Shown: piece after piece, positions 10,100 to 19,594 of the stretch
How positions within the stretch are numbered: the stretch's first letter is position 1
How the letters are laid out: each line of letters begins with the position of its first letter
Assembly (NCBI GenBank): GCA_902591865.1
Contig: CACJCK010000006.1
Span: 1,487 to 65,486 of the forward strand
DNA: 64,000 nucleotides
DNA from: an uncultured Prochlorococcus sp.
Lineage (GTDB): Bacteria > Cyanobacteriota > Cyanobacteriia > PCC-6307 > Cyanobiaceae
Direction: 5' to 3'
Position numbers and translations under genes: made by a program
Notes under the pieces: generated by a model
Database searches by the model: none
Seen by the model: the letters and a program-made list of their open reading frames with translations, nothing else
What the model was told of the DNA's origin: nothing

Positions 10100-11845
10100 A
10101 TGAAAAATTTAAAGATAAAAGTTATATCTAAATACCTAAGACCTTACAAAAAAGAATTTTTTTATGGAGCTTTAGCTCTTTTAATAGTAAATATATTAAG
10201 TGTTGTAATACCCTTAGAAGTAAAAAATATAATTGACCAATTACAAAATGAGTTTTCTTCGGATTTTGTTATTTCTAAATCTTTATTATTAATATTTTTA
10301 GCAACTTGTATGGGTTTAATAAGATTATTTTCAAGACAAATTGTCTTCGGAATAGGGAGAAAAGTAGAGGTGAATCTTCGTCAAAAACTTTTTGACCATT
10401 TACTTATTCAAGATCCAGAATGGATCCAAAAAAAAGGTAGTGGAGATATTATAAGTAGAGCTACAAGCGATGTTGAAAACATAAGAAGACTTTTAGGATT
10501 TACTGTTTTGAGCTTATGCAATATCGTATTAGCTTATTCATTCACTATTCCTTCAATGTTTTCGATTAATAAAACATTAACAATATCAGCTTTAATGATA
10601 TTTCCATTAATCCTTGGAATAGTTAGTCTATTCGGCGGTAGGATGGTTAATCAAAGAAAAGCTCAACAAGAATCATTATCAAAACTTAGTGATCTAATAC
10701 AAGAGGATCTTTCTGGCATAAGTGCCATCAAAATTTATGCTCAAGAGTATGCTGAGAAAAAAGAATTTAACATATATAACAATGCCTATCGAAATTCAGC
10801 GATAAAGCTTGCAAGAACAGCGAGTACCCTATTCCCATTGTTGCAAGGTATTTCCTCAATTTCATTATTGATTTTATTATCATTAGGGACTTTTCAGCTA
10901 GAGAGTGGATTTATTTCGATAGGTGGTTTAGTAGCTTTAATTTTATACGTGGAAAGACTTGTCTTCCCCACAGCTCTATTAGGTTTTACCTTAAATACTT
11001 TCCAACTTGGTCAAGTAAGTTTAGATCGTGTGGAAGAAATCTTTCAAAACAGTCCAAACATAGTAGATAGAGCAGAAACTAAATTTTTAAAAAGAAAGGT
11101 TAAAGGATTCTTAGAAGCAAAAAATTTAACAATTAAGTACCCGGGATCAAAATTTAATTCATTAAATGGTCTTAATTTTAAAATTTATCCTGGAGAACTT
11201 ATTGCAATAGTTGGCCCAGTAGGATGTGGCAAGACAACACTAGCAAAGTCTCTGGGACGGACTATTGAAATTCCAGACAATCAATTATTTTTAGATGAAA
11301 TTGATGTAAAAACTTTAAAATTAAGTGATCTTAGAAAAAATATTTCTATCGTTCCTCAAGAAGCATTCTTATTTACTTCTACAATCTCAGAAAATCTAAG
11401 TTTTGGAGAACCTAAAGCTTCTAAATACTTAGTTAAAAAAAGCGCTACAAAAGCTGGATTAATTGATGATATCAATAGTTTTCCACAAAGGTTTAAAACT
11501 ATTGTTGGTGAAAGAGGTATTACATTAAGTGGTGGACAAAGGCAAAGAACTGCACTAGGAAGAGCAATACTTGTTAATTCTCCTATTGTTGTTCTTGATG
11601 ACGCTTTAGCAAGCGTAGATAATAAAACTGCAGCAGGAATAATAGATGAAATGAGTGAAAGAAGTAATAAAACAATCATAATGATTAGTCACCAACTTTC
11701 TGTTGCAGCTACCTGTGATAGGGTTTTAGTAATGGATAAAGGAGAAATAGTACAAGAAGGGGTTCATAAAGATTTAATTAAAGTGAGTGGGCTATATAAA
11801 CAACTATGGGAGAGAGAACTGGCAACCAGTATTGTTAAAAGCTAA
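10100..11845 (+). CDS. ABC exporter, fused permease/ATP-binding protein
   Basis: N-terminal TM helices, Walker A GPVGCGKT, LSGGQRQR, Walker B VVLDD. Confidence 0.93.
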   Translation: MKNLKIKVISKYLRPYKKEFFYGALALLIVNILSVVIPLEVKNIIDQLQNEFSSDFVISKSLLLIFLATCMGLIRLFSRQIVFGIGRKVEVNLRQKLFDHLLIQDPEWIQKKGSGDIISRATSDVENIRRLLGFTVLSLCNIVLAYSFTIPSMFSINKTLTISALMIFPLILGIVSLFGGRMVNQRKAQQESLSKLSDLIQEDLSGISAIKIYAQEYAEKKEFNIYNNAYRNSAIKLARTASTLFPLLQGISSISLLILLSLGTFQLESGFISIGGLVALILYVERLVFPTALLGFTLNTFQLGQVSLDRVEEIFQNSPNIVDRAETKFLKRKVKGFLEAKNLTIKYPGSKFNSLNGLNFKIYPGELIAIVGPVGCGKTTLAKSLGRTIEIPDNQLFLDEIDVKTLKLSDLRKNISIVPQEAFLFTSTISENLSFGEPKASKYLVKKSATKAGLIDDINSFPQRFKTIVGERGITLSGGQRQRTALGRAILVNSPIVVLDDALASVDNKTAAGIIDEMSERSNKTIIMISHQLSVAATCDRVLVMDKGEIVQEGVHKDLIKVSGLYKQLWERELATSIVKS

Positions 11846-11883
11846 AAGTATTTTTTTTTCTTACAATAAACAAATCTAAAATT

Positions 11884-12612
11884 ATGTTTAAATTTCTGAA
11901 AAACATTATGAATAATGAAGAAGTAAATTTAACTAATGATGCTTATTCCTTACACAGAGTATTAAAAACAGATATTAAAAAAGATCCTAAGGTTGAAGAA
12001 GATGAAATAATTTTTGGATGTGGTTGTTTCTGGGGAGCTGAAAAATGTTTTTGGAAACTTCCTGGAGTTGTCACAACTTCTGTAGGTTATGCTGGTGGTG
12101 AAAAAAGCAATCCAACTTATTATGAAGTATGTTCTGGCTTAACTGGTCATACAGAAGTTGTAAAAGTTGTATGGGATAAAAGGGAAATAGATGTAAGTGA
12201 TTTATTAAAAATGTTTTGGGAATGTCATGACCCTACTCAAAAAAACAGGCAAGGTAATGATATGGGAACCCAATATAGATCAGCAATATATTTCAAAAAT
12301 GAAAATAATATTAAAACTATATTAGCCAGTAAGGAACAATATCAAAAGGAACTAAACAAAAAAAATCTTGGTCTAATTGAAACGGAAATAAAAATGATTG
12401 ATTCATATTTTTATGCGGAACAATATCATCAACAATATCTTGCCTCAACTGGAAGCAGGCAGTATTGTTCCGCTTCACCTACAAAAGTAAAGTTAGGAGT
12501 TTTCACAGGAAGCAACTATAAATTAGAAGACCATATATGGGAAAACTTTAATTGGGAAATTGACAAGTGTGTATTGAGATCTGATAACAATCCTTTAAAG
12601 AATAACATTTAA
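11884..12612 (+). CDS. msrA: Peptide methionine sulfoxide reductase A
   Basis: GCFWG, HDPTQxNRQGND, QYRSAI, AEQYHQQYL. Confidence 0.96.
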   Translation: MFKFLKNIMNNEEVNLTNDAYSLHRVLKTDIKKDPKVEEDEIIFGCGCFWGAEKCFWKLPGVVTTSVGYAGGEKSNPTYYEVCSGLTGHTEVVKVVWDKREIDVSDLLKMFWECHDPTQKNRQGNDMGTQYRSAIYFKNENNIKTILASKEQYQKELNKKNLGLIETEIKMIDSYFYAEQYHQQYLASTGSRQYCSASPTKVKLGVFTGSNYKLEDHIWENFNWEIDKCVLRSDNNPLKNNI

Positions 12613-12639
12613 ATCAATCTTATCTTTATATTAAAGAGA

Positions 12640-12713
12640 CGGGGCGTAGCGCAGTTTGGTAGCGCACCACTTTGGGGTAGTGGGGGTCGTGGGTTCAAAT
12701 CCCGCCGTTCCGA
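12640..12713 (+). tRNA. tRNA-Pro(GGG)
   Basis: CGGGGCG acceptor stem pairs with CGTTCCG; D arm GCGCAGTTTGGTAGCGC; anticodon arm CCACT-TTGGGGT-AGTGG; T loop GGTTCAAATC; CCA not encoded. Confidence 0.96.
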
Positions 12714-12866
12714 TTACTTATCATCTTCATTTATAAGTGATTTGTATAGTTTATATGAACTTATGCCTACTGCTATGAATGTAAAAGAAGAAAAAAAAGC
12801 TAAGATCAATATAGTAAAATTTGAAACTTCTACTTCACCTAGTTGGAAAGATATAAAAATGTTCAT
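12714..12866 (-). CDS. Small single-TM hypothetical protein (50 aa)
   Basis: MNIFISFQLGEVEVSNFTILILAFFSSFTFIAVGISSYKLYKSLINEDDK*; below ORF-track cutoff; fills the gap. Confidence 0.55.
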   Translation of the reverse strand: MNIFISFQLGEVEVSNFTILILAFFSSFTFIAVGISSYKLYKSLINEDDK

Positions 12867-12924
12867 TAGAAAGATTTTTTTTAAACCTTAACACAATTGC
12901 CAAAAAATTTTTTTTCACATCCAA

Positions 12925-13725
12925 TTATAAATTCAATAGAATTACAACACCAAAAATCACTCGATAGATAATAAATATTTTCAACCCATTGGAAGAAAAA
13001 TACTTTAATAGAAAATCTATAGCTAATAAGGATGACAAAAATGTCGTAACAAGACCAACAAAAAGAGGGAGGAAACCCAATGAAAAAAAATCATTAAAAG
13101 AAGAAATAAACTCAACAATCGCAGCAAGAGAGATAGCTGGCATCCCTAAAAGAAAAGAAAATTTTGCAGCATCGGCTCTTTCCCATCCTGATATTAAAGC
13201 GCTAGAAATAGTAACCCCCGATCTTGAAACACCTGGCAAAATGGCAAATGCCTGAGAGAAACCTATCAAAAAACTATCTGAATAATTATGGTTTTTAATA
13301 TTAATAGAACCTCTTTTTGTATTATCTGCCAAGTACATAAAAAAAGCCATTAAAAATGAGACCAATGCTATTGACAAATTTGAACGAAGAACGTTTTCAA
13401 AAAAAGAGGGGATAAATATTTTTATACTCCCACCAAGCAAAACAATTGGAATAGTACCAATCAAAATAGACCTTAATAATCTTTTTTGTAAAAGATATTC
13501 AAGAAATTTTTTGGAAGATTGACTTCTGAAATTAAATAAATCATTCCTAAAATACCAAGCTATCGCTAGAACACTTCCAAGTTGAATAGTAGCGGACAAA
13601 GATGCTCCAGGATCATCAATACCTAAAAAAAGAGAAATAACTTTTAAATGAGCTGTACTACTTACTGGAATAAATTCCGTAAGCCCTTGAATTAATCCAT
13701 ATAAAAAAAATTTTAAATATTCCAA
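12925..13725 (-). CDS. uppP: Undecaprenyl-diphosphate phosphatase
   Basis: QGLTEFIPVSSTAH and PGVSRSG motifs, multiple TM helices. Confidence 0.95.
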   Translation of the reverse strand: MEYLKFFLYGLIQGLTEFIPVSSTAHLKVISLFLGIDDPGASLSATIQLGSVLAIAWYFRNDLFNFRSQSSKKFLEYLLQKRLLRSILIGTIPIVLLGGSIKIFIPSFFENVLRSNLSIALVSFLMAFFMYLADNTKRGSINIKNHNYSDSFLIGFSQAFAILPGVSRSGVTISSALISGWERADAAKFSFLLGMPAISLAAIVEFISSFNDFFSLGFLPLFVGLVTTFLSSLLAIDFLLKYFSSNGLKIFIIYRVIFGVVILLNL

Positions 13726-13793
13726 AAAATTATTAAATCACCTAATTAATTAATAGCAATTTACATTTAAAAATTAAAAGCTAGTATAGAAAA

Positions 13794-14066
13794 ATGAAAA
13801 AAAAATCTATCTTAATGTTATTTTTTCTCTTTTCCTTAATCTCTTCTGATTCTGTAAAAGCTAACTATTGGTTAATAATTGGAACTTATAGACAAGGACC
13901 TGGAGGAAGGCCCGAGGTTAGTGGAATAACAAGTCCTTCATTACATTCTATTCCCATGAAAGATTTAGATACTTGTAAAAAGGCAGGCGAAAAAATTACT
14001 AATGAAATATACAAACCAGTCTGGCAATTTGATAGCAGATGGACCTGTGTATTTAGAGGGAATTAG
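13794..14066 (+). CDS. Hypothetical exported protein
   Basis: Signal peptide-like N-terminus ending VKA; two Cys. Confidence 0.7.
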   Translation: MKKKSILMLFFLFSLISSDSVKANYWLIIGTYRQGPGGRPEVSGITSPSLHSIPMKDLDTCKKAGEKITNEIYKPVWQFDSRWTCVFRGN

Positions 14067-14074
14067 TAATAAAG

Positions 14075-14209
14075 TTACCTTTTAACATCGTGAGCACAAC
14101 CATCTCCCTTATAGTTTTCACTCTCGTAAAAATTATTTTTTGTACCAAAATAGACTGTCAATAAAACGAAAGGTAAGCTTAATATAAATAAAATAGTTGT
14201 TAAGTCCAT
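14075..14209 (-). CDS. ndhP: NDH-1 complex small subunit NdhP (44 aa)
   Basis: MDLTTILFILSLPFVLLTVYFGTKNNFYESENYKGDGCAHDVKR*; single TM followed by the NdhP-type FGTxNxFYxxxxYxGxGxAH tail; not in ORF track. Confidence 0.85.
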   Translation of the reverse strand: MDLTTILFILSLPFVLLTVYFGTKNNFYESENYKGDGCAHDVKR

Positions 14210-14271
14210 AATGTCAACTTATTCAAGAGATTTATAAAAATTTAAATTACATTTTGTTTATTATCTAATTT

Positions 14272-14397
14272 TTAATAATCTGTGGGTCCTTTAATTCCAA
14301 GATAAAAGAAGGCTCCTAACCCAACTAAAAGTAAAACACCAGCAATAGCTGCAGAGGGAACGAAACCTCCTATTGCAAAGGAAGAAAAATAATACAT
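14272..14397 (-). CDS. Small Gly-rich single-TM protein (41 aa)
   Basis: MYYFSSFAIGGFVPSAAIAGVLLLVGLGAFFYLGIKGPTDY*; Gly/Ala-rich coding-like composition in AT-rich DNA. Confidence 0.65.
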   Translation of the reverse strand: MYYFSSFAIGGFVPSAAIAGVLLLVGLGAFFYLGIKGPTDY

Positions 14398-14487
14398 CTA
14401 TAAAAACTAAAACTAGTTTGATAATATCAATAAAAACTAAGTATTAGTAAAAAATTTTGACTCGAAGACAATTAGAAAATATCTGTT

Positions 14488-14715
14488 CTAAGCCACTAAA
14501 GTCGAATCTTCATTATCAGCAGAAATTCTTATTCTTTCTTCCAACTTGGGGCCATATAATTCATTTCCCCAGATTTCAACTCTAGAATCATTTGGGGCCA
14601 TAAAAGTAAGAATGTCAGTTGGAAATAAAACTCTCTCTAAGAAAAAATTTGATGGACCAATACATCTCAAGACAACCATCCTACAGCCTTCATTTTTGTA
14701 AGAAAACTCAACCAT
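14488..14715 (-). CDS. DUF1830 family protein
   Basis: YKNxxxRMVVLRCIGPxxFFLERVLFP...FMAP...VEIW pattern. Confidence 0.8.
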   Translation of the reverse strand: MVEFSYKNEGCRMVVLRCIGPSNFFLERVLFPTDILTFMAPNDSRVEIWGNELYGPKLEERIRISADNEDSTLVA

Positions 14716-14767
14716 CCCTAAACAACAAAATATATATAATTAAACACTATTTAGAGCAAAAAATAAT

Positions 14768-14781
14768 GTATAAAAAATTAC
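14768..14781. promoter_or_regulatory. NtcA binding site upstream of the DUF1830 gene
   Basis: GTA-TAAAAAAT-TAC is an exact GTA-N8-TAC, 52 bp upstream of the ATG at 14715. Confidence 0.75.
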
Positions 14782-14806
14782 TTTAAAAAAAGAATTTTAG
14801 AAAATG

Positions 14807-15751
14807 CTATAAATTCAATCCAGCCTCAACTAAATTCCTTTCTTGATCAATTAATAAAAGCGCGTAGGATTTTAAAATATCAAAACTTTTATGAGGGATC
14901 GAGACATTAAGCATTCTCAAGAAATTTGATAATTTTTCATCTTGAAGGGCGTTACCTTTCTGTAAAAACATTTCTTTTTCCTGATTTGTTTTCCATCTAT
15001 TCATATATTCGATCTTCAAGGGCTTTAAGTGCCAAATATTGTCTATTAAAGTCCAAATATCTAAATATTCGTTTAGGTTATTTTGAATTTTTAATACATA
15101 AGATGATTCATGAAGAGTCAAATTTGTTGTATTTAAGGATCGATCATTAATTTCAATAGAATAAGGTTTAATTCCCAAAAACCATCCCTCAAGTATTAAT
15201 AAATCAGGATTATCTAATCTCCAATGAGATCTATCGCCTAAACCATTTCTTAAAGATTTATCGAAAACTGGTACATTTAATTCTCCATTTATCTTCCAAT
15301 TTAATAATTTTTCATGCATTAATTTTACTGAGTGACTTCCCGGGAACCCTCTTGAAACATTCCAAGGGTTGTTCTTAATTGCCAATTTCATTTCATCTGA
15401 TGGGAGATAAAAGTCGTCAATTGAAATAACCGCAATTTTGAAGTTTAATTTTAACGATATAGCTTCGAGCCATTTACCTAGTGTTGTTTTACCTGTACCG
15501 GGTAAAGCTGAGATTCCAATTATTTTTCTATCAGAAAAATTATTTTGAAATTTATAAGCCTGAGATAAAAGAGGTAAAGCCAAACCCCAAATCCAATCAT
15601 CATTTACTTTATTTTTCCAATATTGATTAATTGAAAGAATGTTTCTTTGATTATTCCAAAAATTGAACCAATCATCCAAGGATTCCCAACCAATATCAAT
15701 AATTAATTTTTCAAATTTATCAAGAGGAAAATTAATATCTAAATCTTTCAT
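14807..15751 (-). CDS. P-loop kinase, plant-type glycerate 3-kinase (GLYK)-like
   Basis: GISALPGTGKTT, SIDDFYL, RGFPGSH, PVFDKSLRNGLGDR, EGWFLG follow the GLYK motif order. Confidence 0.75.
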   Translation of the reverse strand: MKDLDINFPLDKFEKLIIDIGWESLDDWFNFWNNQRNILSINQYWKNKVNDDWIWGLALPLLSQAYKFQNNFSDRKIIGISALPGTGKTTLGKWLEAISLKLNFKIAVISIDDFYLPSDEMKLAIKNNPWNVSRGFPGSHSVKLMHEKLLNWKINGELNVPVFDKSLRNGLGDRSHWRLDNPDLLILEGWFLGIKPYSIEINDRSLNTTNLTLHESSYVLKIQNNLNEYLDIWTLIDNIWHLKPLKIEYMNRWKTNQEKEMFLQKGNALQDEKLSNFLRMLNVSIPHKSFDILKSYALLLIDQERNLVEAGLNL

Positions 15752-16554
15752 CTCTCTATACTTAGTTCTCGTTTATTTATCAGTTTATTAATTTCATTTT
15801 TCCAACCATATCCATTTGGTTCAGAAGCCAAAGTAAATTCCAAATCTTTTAATTGATCTAGTAAATTTAGGTTAGGTCCATCTACTCCAGGAATAACAAT
15901 TTTAGTATCTGAGTTTAAAAGTAGAGGCAAATCATTTGGAGAATCACCCAAACCTATAATTTCAATATTTTGAATATTTGAATATTCTTTAAGAGCATTT
16001 ATTGCTTTACCTTTATTCGATTTTGTTGATAATAAATGACTCATTCTATTTCCCTTAAAAATATCAACATTGAACTTTTTACAACAGATTTTAATTTTCT
16101 CTTCTAAATAAATTGGCGGATTTAAAAAAGGCATGCTCCAATGCCTATCACGCATTAAGTTCAATGAGTCGCCTTCTAAACCTGTAAGCTGAGTGGCTTC
16201 TAAATCAGAGAGATTATTAAGAGGAGTAAGTTTATAATCGATTTCATTAGAAATAAATTTTAAGATTTCTTCAAGGGATTCGTAATTTATTCCAAGAATA
16301 ATTTCTCCATTTACTCTTTTAAGGGATTCACCATATATTGCCGCACCATTCTCAACAATATAAGGATCCGTCAATTCAAGTTCCTTTCTAATAACTTTTA
16401 CTTCAGAAGCGGTTTTGCTTGTACAAAGAATTACAGGTACTGATAATTTTTGTAGTTGTTTTATAGTTTCTTTAGCAGGTGTCAAATCATATGAATGATC
16501 CATTAAAGTACCATCTACATCACTAACTATCCAAATAGAAGAATTTTCTATCAT
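15748..16554 (-). CDS. gpgP: Glucosyl/mannosyl-3-phosphoglycerate phosphatase (HAD IIB)
   Basis: SDVDGTL, CTSKTxxE, ENGAAI, GLGDSPND; clustered with gpgS. Confidence 0.85.
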   Translation of the reverse strand: MIENSSIWIVSDVDGTLMDHSYDLTPAKETIKQLQKLSVPVILCTSKTASEVKVIRKELELTDPYIVENGAAIYGESLKRVNGEIILGINYESLEEILKFISNEIDYKLTPLNNLSDLEATQLTGLEGDSLNLMRDRHWSMPFLNPPIYLEEKIKICCKKFNVDIFKGNRMSHLLSTKSNKGKAINALKEYSNIQNIEIIGLGDSPNDLPLLLNSDTKIVIPGVDGPNLNLLDQLKDLEFTLASEPNGYGWKNEINKLINKRELSIER

Positions 16555-16556
16555 TT

Positions 16557-18317
16557 TTATAAAGCACTAAGCCAAATAACTTGAAAAGGATCAAGACTAA
16601 TATTTTTCCAATTATATTTAGTGGATGTTAAAAAATCTTGGGTATTGAAATCATTATCAATTATTTTTGGTAAATCGTTATCATTTAACTGATAATTAAT
16701 TTTATTTTCAGTCATATTATGGATTGCAAAAACAGATTCAGGACCTTTACTTCTCTTGATTACAACAATATCACTTCTACCTTTAGACAAACATTTCATT
16801 TCTGAACAGGGGTGAAATTGCTTTAATTCTGATCTGACATCCATAACATTACGAAGATATTTTAAATTTTTATTGGCATTAGATTCAGGATTATTTAAGA
16901 TAGATAAAAGATTTTCTAATTTAAATTTTTCTCTATTGAGGTCTCTCCTTTGACCAGTCATAGAAAAACTTTTGATATCGTTTTCTGAAGCAAGTAATGC
17001 TGGCAAATAAAAGGCAGGGACTCCTTTCAGAGCCATTACAAGTAACTGACTCAAGATAAATCTCTCAAACTGGAATCGATTAGAATCTCTACTGGAGTCT
17101 TCCATTGCGCTCCACCAACTAATATTCAATTCATAGGGTTTATCATCACCATTTGATAAACGTCTATGACTTACTAGGCCCCCCCTTTTTTCACAATTAA
17201 TTAATAAATCTTTAATTCTCTTCTCATTCATTAAACCCTCAAGAGCTCTTAAACCAACGCCATCATGAGAAGCAGAAAAATTAAATAGTGTAGTATTGTC
17301 AGGTAATATTGGCCAATCAAAAATCCATGAATTTAGAATATCTGCTCTTGAAGTAATAATTGCCTCTAAGAGAAGAGGAGGCAATGGGAAATTATATGCC
17401 ATATGGGCTTCATCATCAGGAATAAGATAAGATAAATTTTCCTTCTGAGGAACATTAGTTTCTGTTATTAAAACTCCATCTTCAAGAAGATTATTTAAAA
17501 GAAATCTTAAGAGTTTCACAATTGAATGTGCTTTTGGTAAGTGTAAGCACGTTGTCCCTGATTCCTTCCAAATAAAACCTACAGCATCAAGCCTTAACCA
17601 TTTAATTCCATTTGATAAATAAGTAATAATTAAATTTAAAAACTCAAGAGTCATTTTTGGATTATGCCAATTCAAATCAATTTGATCTGGACCAAAAGTT
17701 GTCCAAACTTGTTTAGGGCCATGTTCAGTATTTATTTGAGAAAACAAGGATGAACTTCTTGGTCTAACTACGTTTGACCAGTCAAGATTTTGTTTCGGTG
17801 AAAAAACATTTGATATGCCTGGTTCTTGGGATTTAATAAATTGTTGAACCCATGGGTGAGATGATGAAACATGGTTTAGTACCAAATCAGCCATCAAATC
17901 ATGATTTTTAGAAATACTTTTGAGATCATCCCAACCACCAAATTTTTCTTCTAAGGAATCATAACTTGAGACCGCGAACCCCCCATCGCTCGTGGATTTC
18001 AGAAAAGGAAGAATATGTACAACTTTAGAAAGACTGCCAAAATGTTTACTTAACAACTTCCTAAGAGTTATTAATGTGGCCTCGCCATTTTTGTAAATAC
18101 TATCTGCATAAGTTATTAAAACTGAATGAGATTCATTCCACCTTTCCTTTTCTCTAATTTCTTCATAAGCAGATTTCTCTGAGAAATCATCTAAAATCTG
18201 TAATAATTGATTTGAAATAAAATTAATTTCTTCTGTAGTATTATTTGAATAAATTGTTTTTAACAATTTATAAATCTCTAATCTATCTAATTTTTTCTCT
18301 GAATCAATTTGCTTCAC
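16557..18317 (-). CDS. GH13 sucrose-phosphorylase-family enzyme, probable glucosylglycerate phosphorylase
   Basis: VHILPF, SDGGF, DLVLNH, WTTFGPDQIDLN, RLDAVGF, TETNVP, SHDGVG, KPYELN; context of gpgS/gpgP. Confidence 0.85.
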   Translation of the reverse strand: MKQIDSEKKLDRLEIYKLLKTIYSNNTTEEINFISNQLLQILDDFSEKSAYEEIREKERWNESHSVLITYADSIYKNGEATLITLRKLLSKHFGSLSKVVHILPFLKSTSDGGFAVSSYDSLEEKFGGWDDLKSISKNHDLMADLVLNHVSSSHPWVQQFIKSQEPGISNVFSPKQNLDWSNVVRPRSSSLFSQINTEHGPKQVWTTFGPDQIDLNWHNPKMTLEFLNLIITYLSNGIKWLRLDAVGFIWKESGTTCLHLPKAHSIVKLLRFLLNNLLEDGVLITETNVPQKENLSYLIPDDEAHMAYNFPLPPLLLEAIITSRADILNSWIFDWPILPDNTTLFNFSASHDGVGLRALEGLMNEKRIKDLLINCEKRGGLVSHRRLSNGDDKPYELNISWWSAMEDSSRDSNRFQFERFILSQLLVMALKGVPAFYLPALLASENDIKSFSMTGQRRDLNREKFKLENLLSILNNPESNANKNLKYLRNVMDVRSELKQFHPCSEMKCLSKGRSDIVVIKRSKGPESVFAIHNMTENKINYQLNDNDLPKIIDNDFNTQDFLTSTKYNWKNISLDPFQVIWLSAL

Positions 18318-18334
18318 TTTGAAAAAATCATCGA

Positions 18335-18346
18335 AGTATTAATACT
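18335..18346. promoter_or_regulatory. Perfect 12-bp palindrome in the divergent promoter of the glucosylglycerate genes
   Basis: AGTATTAATACT lies near the middle of the 50-bp gap between 18317(-) and 18368(+). Confidence 0.35.
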
Positions 18347-18367
18347 ATTCTGCACATCAAATAGAAA

Positions 18368-19594
18368 ATGGACTTTCAACAAGGGTTAATCACAACAATA
18401 CATGAATATGGAGTTACAAAAAATTTACTTAAAGAATTAAACAAAAGTCTTAAAAAAAGATCAACTAGCATTTTAATACCTTGTTTATATGAAGAGTTCG
18501 AGCGTCCAGCACTTAAAGATATAAGAGAAGTTTTAAAAAACCTTACAGGCTTAAATGAATTAGTTATTGCTCTGTCTGCAAAAACTGTTGAACAAGTTAA
18601 AGCAGCAAATTCATTTTTTTACTCAATGCCATTCCCAGTCCACGTTCAATGGACTAATTCACCCTCTGTAATAGAGCTGTTAAAAAGCCAAGAAAAAAAT
18701 GGCTTAGAACTTTTAGGAACTCCAGGAAAAGGATGGGCTGTATGGCAAGGCATAGGAGTTGCCACTAGAAAATCAGAAGTTGTTGCTCTTTTTGATGCTG
18801 ATATTAGAACTTTTAGTCCTTTGTACCCTTCAAGAATGATACTGCCACTTCTAGATGAATCATTTGGGATATCATATGTAAAGGCTTTTTATAGCAGATT
18901 ATCATTAGAAACAAATCAATTGCAGGGTAGAGCAACAAGATTATTTGTGGGTCCACTATTAGCAAGTCTTGAGCAGTTAGTTGGTAAGGGCCCTTTTTTA
19001 CAATATCTTCAATCATTTAGATATCCATTAGCAGGGGAGTTTGCTTTTACTAAAGACCTTGCTATGAATTTAAGAATACCTTGTGACTGGGGTTTAGAGA
19101 TAGGATTATTATCAGAGGTTTACAGAAATGTAAGAACTTCCAAAATAGCCCAAGTTGACCTAGGTTTGTTTGATCATAAACATAAGAATATTGGAGATTC
19201 TTCTAAAGAAGGATTGCAAAAAATGTGTACAGAAATACTTTCAAGTGTTTTAAGAGGTCTTATGGAGCATCAAGCCGAGACCTTAACTAGCACTCAACTG
19301 GCAACTTTAGAAGTTCTCTACAAAAGAGTTGGAGAAGATCGGGTAAAACAATTTGGATTAGATTCAGCAGTCAATCAACTTCCATACGATAGGCACGAAG
19401 AAGAGTTGTCAGTACAAAAGTTTGCGAAACTATTAAGACCTGCTACTGAAGGTTACCTAGCTTGCCCTACGACACAGCAGTTACCAAGTTGGTCAAGAGT
19501 TCTATCTTGTGAGAACAAACTGCAAGAAGATTTAGCTATTGCTGGGTCAAAAGATATAAAAACAAGTGAAAAAGAATTAATTAAAAACTTCTAA
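18368..19594 (+). CDS. gpgS: Glucosyl-3-phosphoglycerate synthase
   Basis: [12 protein letters not shown] start, GKGWAVW, DAD motif, [31 protein letters not shown]. Confidence 0.87.
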   Translation: MDFQQGLITTIHEYGVTKNLLKELNKSLKKRSTSILIPCLYEEFERPALKDIREVLKNLTGLNELVIALSAKTVEQVKAANSFFYSMPFPVHVQWTNSPSVIELLKSQEKNGLELLGTPGKGWAVWQGIGVATRKSEVVALFDADIRTFSPLYPSRMILPLLDESFGISYVKAFYSRLSLETNQLQGRATRLFVGPLLASLEQLVGKGPFLQYLQSFRYPLAGEFAFTKDLAMNLRIPCDWGLEIGLLSEVYRNVRTSKIAQVDLGLFDHKHKNIGDSSKEGLQKMCTEILSSVLRGLMEHQAETLTSTQLATLEVLYKRVGEDRVKQFGLDSAVNQLPYDRHEEELSVQKFAKLLRPATEGYLACPTTQQLPSWSRVLSCENKLQEDLAIAGSKDIKTSEKELIKNF

